Positions 22,812-27,736 of a DNA stretch of 27,736 nucleotides are shown here, in pieces (within the stretch, counting starts at the first letter, position 1; each line of letters opens with the position of its first letter). The stretch is from a virus. Lineage: Duplodnaviria; Caudoviricetes. Location of the stretch: IMG/VR virus record IMGVR_UViG_3300017747_002235, positions 1-27,736 of that record; one strand, given 5' to 3'. The position numbers and the translations under genes are program-made. The notes under the pieces were generated by a model that made no database searches, was not told the DNA's origin, and worked only from the letters and a program-made list of their open reading frames with translations.

Positions 22812-23998
22812 GCAGGCATGAACTTACGTGGGTTAATTTGCTTCCCCTGCGCACTGTTTCCTGTCCTAGCTTTTCTTATCTTAGCCAGCATATCGTACAA
22901 CCTGTGAGCTCCGGCCTTAGTGGATCCGTTACCTATATGACTTACTACATCTGCAGGTATCACGAACTCCCCATCAGCCAATGCAGCGGGCTGTTTTCCA
23001 TCTATCTTTGCGGGAATAGAATCACTCATGCCATCACCAGCGCCATCTAGATAGCCGCCTTTGGCAAACCCAGCAAAGTTAGTGTTCGGGTTCTGTGGTT
23101 GGCCTTGGTTTGTAGTCATATTATTTAACCGACCAAGACCATAGCCATCTTGACTAATCGGTGGCCCTTGTGGGTTGTCAGGAGTCCCATACACGCCCAT
23201 TATACCTGCGTTATTTATAGCACCACCAGCAGCAAGCCTCAAAGGTGCAGGCCCACTTAAATTCAATCTAAAGTTGGGGTCGTATGGGTCCTCTACAGGG
23301 AGTCTATATTTATCTTGCCCGCCTATTAATCCAGTAGCCACAGGCATCCCCAACTGCATAGCTGCTTTACCTTGCCCACCCGCTGCTGCTGAAAATGCAT
23401 CCCACGATCCAGGCTGCCCTGTCAACATATTTCCCGCACCACGACCCATATCTGAGAGCCTACCGCCTACTGTGCTTGACCCTCCTGCTGCACCTGGGCC
23501 GCTAGCCGCGGGAGTACCTAGTTGGGCATTATTGCTATATATAGAAGCGCTGGGCTGCGGGGTTCCGCTCACTGCAGGGTTTGCTAAATCAGGCATTGCT
23601 GCCTCTGGTGTTACTGCCGCAGACGGCGCCGCTCCTGCTCCAGCCCCCATGAGAGAACCTCCTAGCTCACCACCACCATAAGCACCGAAACCTGCCATAG
23701 CGCCCTGCATCACGTTACCAGACTTTGCGGCGGTAAGGCCGCCAACAACCAAACCAGTAACAACAGGGGGTATCCCAACAGCTGCACCTGCCAAGCCAAG
23801 CGCTGTCGGAGCCAAGGCTTTAACCGCACCCCTCATGTTAAATGCTTCTGGCATCCCTGTATGGGGATTAGTAGTTAGTGTAGTGCCATGTGACTTAGCC
23901 AGAGCCTGTAACCCCACAACCTCCGAGGGCTGCACATGCATAAGCATTGTGTCACCGTTTCTACCTAACCTAGCTAATTCCTGCGCTGTTTTATGCAT
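22808..23998 (-). CDS. Gly/Ala-rich internal virion protein
   Basis: 396 aa. N-terminal GRNGDTMLMHV.P.E...T.NP.TGMPEAF, hydrophobic Gly/Ala helices, and C-terminal G.GDGMSDSIPA...LADGEFVIPADVV (a motif also seen in tape-measure C-termini). Confidence 0.8.
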   Translation of the reverse strand: MHKTAQELARLGRNGDTMLMHVQPSEVVGLQALAKSHGTTLTTNPHTGMPEAFNMRGAVKALAPTALGLAGAAVGIPPVVTGLVVGGLTAAKSGNVMQGAMAGFGAYGGGELGGSLMGAGAGAAPSAAVTPEAAMPDLANPAVSGTPQPSASIYSNNAQLGTPAASGPGAAGGSSTVGGRLSDMGRGAGNMLTGQPGSWDAFSAAAGGQGKAAMQLGMPVATGLIGGQDKYRLPVEDPYDPNFRLNLSGPAPLRLAAGGAINNAGIMGVYGTPDNPQGPPISQDGYGLGRLNNMTTNQGQPQNPNTNFAGFAKGGYLDGAGDGMSDSIPAKIDGKQPAALADGEFVIPADVVSHIGNGSTKAGAHRLYDMLAKIRKARTGNSAQGKQINPRKFMPA

Positions 23999-24007
23999 CT
24001 TGTGTCC

Positions 24008-24238
24008 CTATGGTACTATGTTCAAAACACCAGCATTATTCCAAACGGAACCGACAGGTAATCCTGTCGCGCTAGTGGGTAGGTTGCGTAGTGTGATAGT
24101 ATCAATTTCTATACCGTTTGTCGAGCCTAATTGTTGAAAGTATTGGTTTAATGTCCGCACTATCTGGTTTAAGTACTGCGCCGAGTATTCTGTGGGTGGG
24201 ATAGGTAGTACAGGGGCTGCAAATGATTTAAGTGCCAT
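24008..24238 (-). CDS. Small tail-associated protein, 76 aa (needle/plug-like position)
   Basis: ATG 24238 immediately follows the nozzle stop. APVLPIPPTEY...YFQQL...LPTSATGLPVGSVWN. The function is inferred from position only. Confidence 0.7.
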   Translation of the reverse strand: MALKSFAAPVLPIPPTEYSAQYLNQIVRTLNQYFQQLGSTNGIEIDTITLRNLPTSATGLPVGSVWNNAGVLNIVP

Positions 24239-24239
24239 A

Positions 24240-26174
24240 TTAACCCCTAGTCCCATCAGCCCGGGCGTCAACCCGAGGCATACCCAACTGCCACTGCACA
24301 CCAACATCGCTTGATGCAATCTTAAAGTTCATCTGCCTTCCCCTAGCTCTAACAAATACTTGATTTGTATATTGATTTATTGTAGCTGTTGTCACTACTG
24401 TGCGGTCTGTTGATACCCCCGATGCGTTAGTTGTGCTGTTTGAAGCACCAGGGAAATTCCTCACCCCAACTGTCATAGTAGCTTCTGGGGTTAGTGGAGC
24501 ACCAGTAACACTGTTAACACTGTCCGAGCTACCAAAGTTTACATCTGGGATAATCCGACGCATAAGCATGAACTTCTCACCATCGTCGATGTCGATATCA
24601 GCGGACTGTATATAGGATGTTATAGGCAGTGGTTCTGCGCCCAAGGGCTGTCCGTCGTCGTGGCCGTTCTCGTGAGTATATACCCAGCCAGCGCCAGTAG
24701 CTACAGGATAAAAGATAACCCCAGCATCCAGCCATGCTGTGCGCTCTAACTGCCCGAAATACCAAATTTGCTCTGCGTAATTATACACTACATACCTGTT
24801 AATCTCATTAGATGTAGCAGAGCAATAGAACCAGATAATCTCATTGAATTGGTTGTTAGTACCTGCAAACACAATCTGCCCTTGGTCTCTATTAAGGTCG
24901 TCAAATATATACTGTCTCAAGGAGCACGGCAGGGTGGATACGGTTCCGTTGTAGCTGTAGAATTTCTCGTTACCCATCCAGTAAGATATGCTGTTAGCAG
25001 TAGCAACCACGTTAGGTCCGAGGATAGTAGAAGACGTTGATATTTCTTGTATCCCGAATACTTCTTGTGTGCCTAGGAACTGCAGTGATGCCAGCGATGT
25101 GTCTGTCCAAACCAATATTTCCTGCCGTGTCCGTGCTGCTGTGATAATATAGTTCCCTGACTGCAGCCGTAAGAACCCCGCTGTGTTAGTTAGTGTCGGT
25201 CTCCAGTCAACAGGTATAGGCCCAGCATCAGCATCCACGTTAGCCCAACGAATTATCAGTGGGTCTTTAGCACCAAGGTAGTTAGGCGCAGCCGCGCCAG
25301 CGTCGTATCCTGTGCAGTTAAAAGCCAACAGATGCCCTGTCGGGGCAAACATAATCTTCGCTACCTGCTGGGGTACAGCAAGCGCTGCCGCATCTGCCGA
25401 CATAAATATAGCGCGGGTTGCGAACGTGGCGTCATAGGTCCACTGGTATATGTAGCTGTCGTTTATATTAAATATGAGGTCGTCAAAGAACTTGTCTTGG
25501 AACTCTAACCTTGCTGGGAGCAGCACCGATATTAATGAGCTTGACCCCCACGTACCGCGGCCCCATGTAGAAGTCCCCCAGCCATATCCTGCAGTGACCA
25601 CACCGTACCCAATATTAATCTGAAACGCTGCTACGATAACTGCACCACCCCCAGCCGCTACTGTAGAAGTAGCTGCCCCCGAGACCACAATACTGAACTG
25701 GTTTGCAGTAATAAAAGTAATTGCAAATTCCTGGTTGAGCATCGGCGCGGTAACGCCACCGACAGCTACTGCCCCACTAAAGGTCACATAGTCACCGTCA
25801 ATAGCCCCATGCCCCACTATATTTACTAAGACTGTGGTAGACAGGTTTGTGGTTTGAAAGCAGTTATTTGTTGTCGGTGTCGTCAGTGTTGCCCGTATCG
25901 GAGTGATGTCGTACAGGTCGGTACCTGTCGATATGTATATCTTTTTGTTTGTACCTATGCACAGGAGCTCTTGCCCGCCACTGGTTGCCCAAGAAAATAG
26001 GCTGCGGCACGACCCTGCATACTGCTCAAATGTTTCTACCTTCCAACCACCAATCTTCTCAGGGAACCCAGAACGGAAACGAATCTTATCGCAGTCGTAC
26101 CAACCCCCTTCAGAGGCATAGTTTGTCTGGTCGCGGTTAAGTCCGGGTTTAAAAACTAATTTAGATAATGGCAT
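24240..26174 (-). CDS. Putative tail nozzle / tail tubular protein B (P22 gp10-like stabilisation protein)
   Basis: 644 aa, beta-rich and Trp-rich (KPGLNR...EGGWYD.DKIRFR.G.PEKIGGW; C-terminal RARGRQ...WQLG.PR.D...DG.R). Lies directly upstream of the internal-protein block. Confidence 0.75.
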   Translation of the reverse strand: MPLSKLVFKPGLNRDQTNYASEGGWYDCDKIRFRSGFPEKIGGWKVETFEQYAGSCRSLFSWATSGGQELLCIGTNKKIYISTGTDLYDITPIRATLTTPTTNNCFQTTNLSTTVLVNIVGHGAIDGDYVTFSGAVAVGGVTAPMLNQEFAITFITANQFSIVVSGAATSTVAAGGGAVIVAAFQINIGYGVVTAGYGWGTSTWGRGTWGSSSLISVLLPARLEFQDKFFDDLIFNINDSYIYQWTYDATFATRAIFMSADAAALAVPQQVAKIMFAPTGHLLAFNCTGYDAGAAAPNYLGAKDPLIIRWANVDADAGPIPVDWRPTLTNTAGFLRLQSGNYIITAARTRQEILVWTDTSLASLQFLGTQEVFGIQEISTSSTILGPNVVATANSISYWMGNEKFYSYNGTVSTLPCSLRQYIFDDLNRDQGQIVFAGTNNQFNEIIWFYCSATSNEINRYVVYNYAEQIWYFGQLERTAWLDAGVIFYPVATGAGWVYTHENGHDDGQPLGAEPLPITSYIQSADIDIDDGEKFMLMRRIIPDVNFGSSDSVNSVTGAPLTPEATMTVGVRNFPGASNSTTNASGVSTDRTVVTTATINQYTNQVFVRARGRQMNFKIASSDVGVQWQLGMPRVDARADGTRG

Positions 26175-26619
26175 TATTGGTTTCTTTTGTGAACATCCTA
26201 TATTCTGCTTCTCTTCTTCTGGTCAAGCCTTTAAGCACTTGGCCACCTGCCTTATTATACTTCAGTATTTCCTTCGCTGCAGCCTGTCTATCTTGTCTGA
26301 GAAGCTTTCGTCTGAGCGTTGATCTCTGAAGTACCCCCAAACCAAGATTAAAGCTAAAGCTGACAAGAGAATCAAACTCAAATTGAGTGAGAGGCACGGG
26401 ACAGTAACGGCGCACACCCTGTTCAAATCTTGCCAAATCTGTTCTAAGAAGTTCATCTATTTCTCCTCGTGTGTAGAGTTGCTTTTCTGGTGCTTCCTTG
26501 CCGTTACCTATTACGTGTCCGTAACCGACAGTCCAAAACTTCGCAGGGCATAGGTAGGGTTTCAACTTACATCCTTCGAACCTTTTAATTAAGTCTATGC
26601 CAGCCTGTGATGTTTTCAT
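26161..26619 (-). CDS. Endolysin, GH24 lysozyme (soluble, no SAR)
   Basis: IKRFEG...YLCPA..WTVGYGH gives an E-x8-C-x5-T triad. Also FDSLVSFSFNLG and GLTRRREAE. Confidence 0.95.
   Translation of the reverse strand: MKTSQAGIDLIKRFEGCKLKPYLCPAKFWTVGYGHVIGNGKEAPEKQLYTRGEIDELLRTDLARFEQGVRRYCPVPLTQFEFDSLVSFSFNLGLGVLQRSTLRRKLLRQDRQAAAKEILKYNKAGGQVLKGLTRRREAEYRMFTKETNNAII
26262..26456 (-). CDS. Candidate nested single-TM membrane protein (64 aa, +1 frame) inside the endolysin
   Basis: SD GAGGAG (26468-26463) lies 6 nt before ATG. Uncharged stretch LSLNLSLILLSALALILVWGYF, followed by a charged tail ending RLQRRKY. Confidence 0.45.
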   Translation of the reverse strand: MNFLEQIWQDLNRVCAVTVPCLSLNLSLILLSALALILVWGYFRDQRSDESFSDKIDRLQRRKY

Positions 26620-26948
26620 AGTGCAATCAATTAGTTACTGTGCCGTTTTAGAGATAGTGTTTCCTCTGCTTAGAGATAATTATGGGAAAACATACTACTT
26701 TTCCCACTTAAAATAAAATACACACTCTAGATACGTCTACCTAGCGATACCTGTACTCAGGTCTGTTTTGCACCCTTGCGGAGTGTTAGTGTTGAGAGAG
26801 ACCACCCGTACTTCTCGCAGAGGAGTGGTGCGTATTAACATTGTAAACTTAACCAAGCCCTACAATCATAGCTAATCGGACAAAAATGTCCGGTTATGCG
26901 TGAAGGTCTTGTTGCATCTCACGTTGCACCACTGCAACATCTTTTGAA
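26620..26948 (-). ncRNA. Putative structured non-coding RNA / cis-regulatory element, family unrecognised
   Basis: The largest gap in the window (329 nt), with no ORF of 60 aa or more. At least eight hairpins plus a long-range closing stem were found by eye. Several contain G-U pairs only on the - strand. Confidence 0.55.
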
Positions 26949-27434
26949 TCATTTCCCGTTAAACGCTCTTGACCCAAACCAAAAGGACAGCACGCTGGCC
27001 CAAACTATCTTCATGTCCTCATCCCACAGCATACTCATAGCAACTGGGAATGTAACGCCTGTACTGATAGAGTAGTAGAAACCAAATATCTCAACAAATA
27101 CTAGGAGACAAAAAAGGCCATAAGTAATAACAGGACGCACCATAGCGCGAGCGTTAATAGCCCAGGTTGACGCTCCCTTACTAATTTCAATATCGTGCTG
27201 ATATAAGGCTTCCCTTTCGCTGCTTGCCGCTTGCGTCTGTATCTCGTCATATTTAATCTCCTCGATTTTAACTTGACTTGCCAACCCTGCCTTCTGTAAC
27301 TCCAACTCCCTGGTCAATTGCAACTGCGCCATCTCTAGCTCGTGTTTCTTGTCTCCCTTATCTTGGAAGAAGTCCATGACCTTAGGCACACCGGCTGTAA
27401 GAAAGCTAACTATAGTAGTAAATAGGGTGAACAT
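26949..27434 (-). CDS. Holin-like membrane protein (GTA 3TM holin-like)
   Basis: Start ATG 27434 behind SD GAGGT. N-terminal hydrophobic helix, coiled coil (KKHELEM), W.INARAMVRPVITY followed by a TM segment, and C-terminal SFWFGSR. Located upstream of the endolysin. Confidence 0.8.
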   Translation of the reverse strand: MFTLFTTIVSFLTAGVPKVMDFFQDKGDKKHELEMAQLQLTRELELQKAGLASQVKIEEIKYDEIQTQAASSEREALYQHDIEISKGASTWAINARAMVRPVITYGLFCLLVFVEIFGFYYSISTGVTFPVAMSMLWDEDMKIVWASVLSFWFGSRAFNGK

Positions 27435-27435
27435 T

Positions 27436-27633
27436 TTATACCTCTGTGATTCCAAACATAGGAATTGATGTTACATGGATTGTTGTGTTCTGCCTTAAGT
27501 TTAGTTTTGTACCGCAGTTAGCGCAGGTGTCAGAGGCAATCTCGCTCTCATCCAAATCATACGAGCATGCACCGCACAACAACTCAACTTCGTGTTTTGG
27601 ATCTGTATCTGTTGCTTCAATTATTGTTTTCAA
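27436..27633 (-). CDS. Small Zn-ribbon protein, ~65 aa
   Basis: CGAC-x13-CANC. The probable TTG start at 27633 overlaps the upstream stop (TTGA) with GGAG 9 nt upstream. ATG 27648 or 27666 are alternatives. Confidence 0.7.
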   Translation of the reverse strand: MKTIIEATDTDPKHEVELLCGACSYDLDESEIASDTCANCGTKLNLRQNTTIHVTSIPMFGITEV

Positions 27634-27736
27634 AGTAATATGCTCCATGTTCCAACTGTTGTCCATTGGTAAATTCTATACCCACCAGATACTGTGATAG
27701 TTGGTGAGCCTGTTACTACTGGTGCTGCATCATATA
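27630..27736 (-). CDS. 3' end of a tail-fibre/glycine-rich-domain-like protein (partial)
   Basis: Open frame YDAAPVVTGSPTITVSGGYRIYQWTTVGTWSILL*, resembling the C-terminal TGSPT...GY.IY.WT..G motif of phage Gly-rich tail proteins. Confidence 0.65.
   Translation of the reverse strand, partial: YDAAPVVTGSPTITVSGGYRIYQWTTVGTWSILL

Noticed and set aside
26751-26862. Partial ribozyme-like words (CUAACACU twister-like, CUGAGUA hammerhead-like, AAGCCCUA pistol-like)
   Set aside because: The required partner motifs and pseudoknots were not found by eye. A covariance-model search is needed.
26626-26948. TTCAA and TTGAT near the ends of the insert, recalling ISDra2 (IS200/IS605) end motifs
   Set aside because: They are in the wrong order for either strand, and no tnpA/tnpB/iscB is present.
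1-27736. Stop-codon recoding or programmed frameshifts
   Set aside because: All recognisable genes are intact under the standard code, TAA, TAG and TGA all serve as stops, and no split domain was seen.

Overview
A 27.7 kb segment of a tailed dsDNA bacteriophage (podovirus-like gene content; a Gram-negative host is likely but not proven). It has two converging arms that meet at a terminator near 12.63 kb. The + arm (1-12.6 kb) carries tightly coupled small ORFs, VRR-NUC, a TraR/DksA-like Zn finger, a family A DNA polymerase (Leu762 type), a Cas4-like PD-(D/E)XK nuclease, a small HNH protein, an SNF2 helicase, an excisionase-like HTH, a putative SSB and an AEP primase-DUF927 helicase. The - arm (27.7-12.65 kb) carries the end of a tail-fibre-like gene, a Zn-ribbon protein, a holin, a GH24 endolysin, a tail nozzle, a GNAT-like protein and a series of internal/ejection proteins. 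These include a GH108 muramidase fusion and a 1911-aa polyvalent protein (Sel1 repeats, zincin-like motif, LPD38-like C-terminus). No integrase, tRNA, CRISPR array or RNA polymerase was seen. The best leads are: (i) a 329-nt hairpin-dense non-coding insert between holin and an SD-less endolysin, with G-U pairs favouring the mRNA strand; (ii) two SD-led +1-frame genes nested inside the endolysin and the giant virion gene; (iii) an unannotated 30-aa acidic peptide ending in a clamp-binding-like motif; (iv) Sel1 repeats in an apparently injected protein. All family assignments come from motif recognition by eye, not from database searches.
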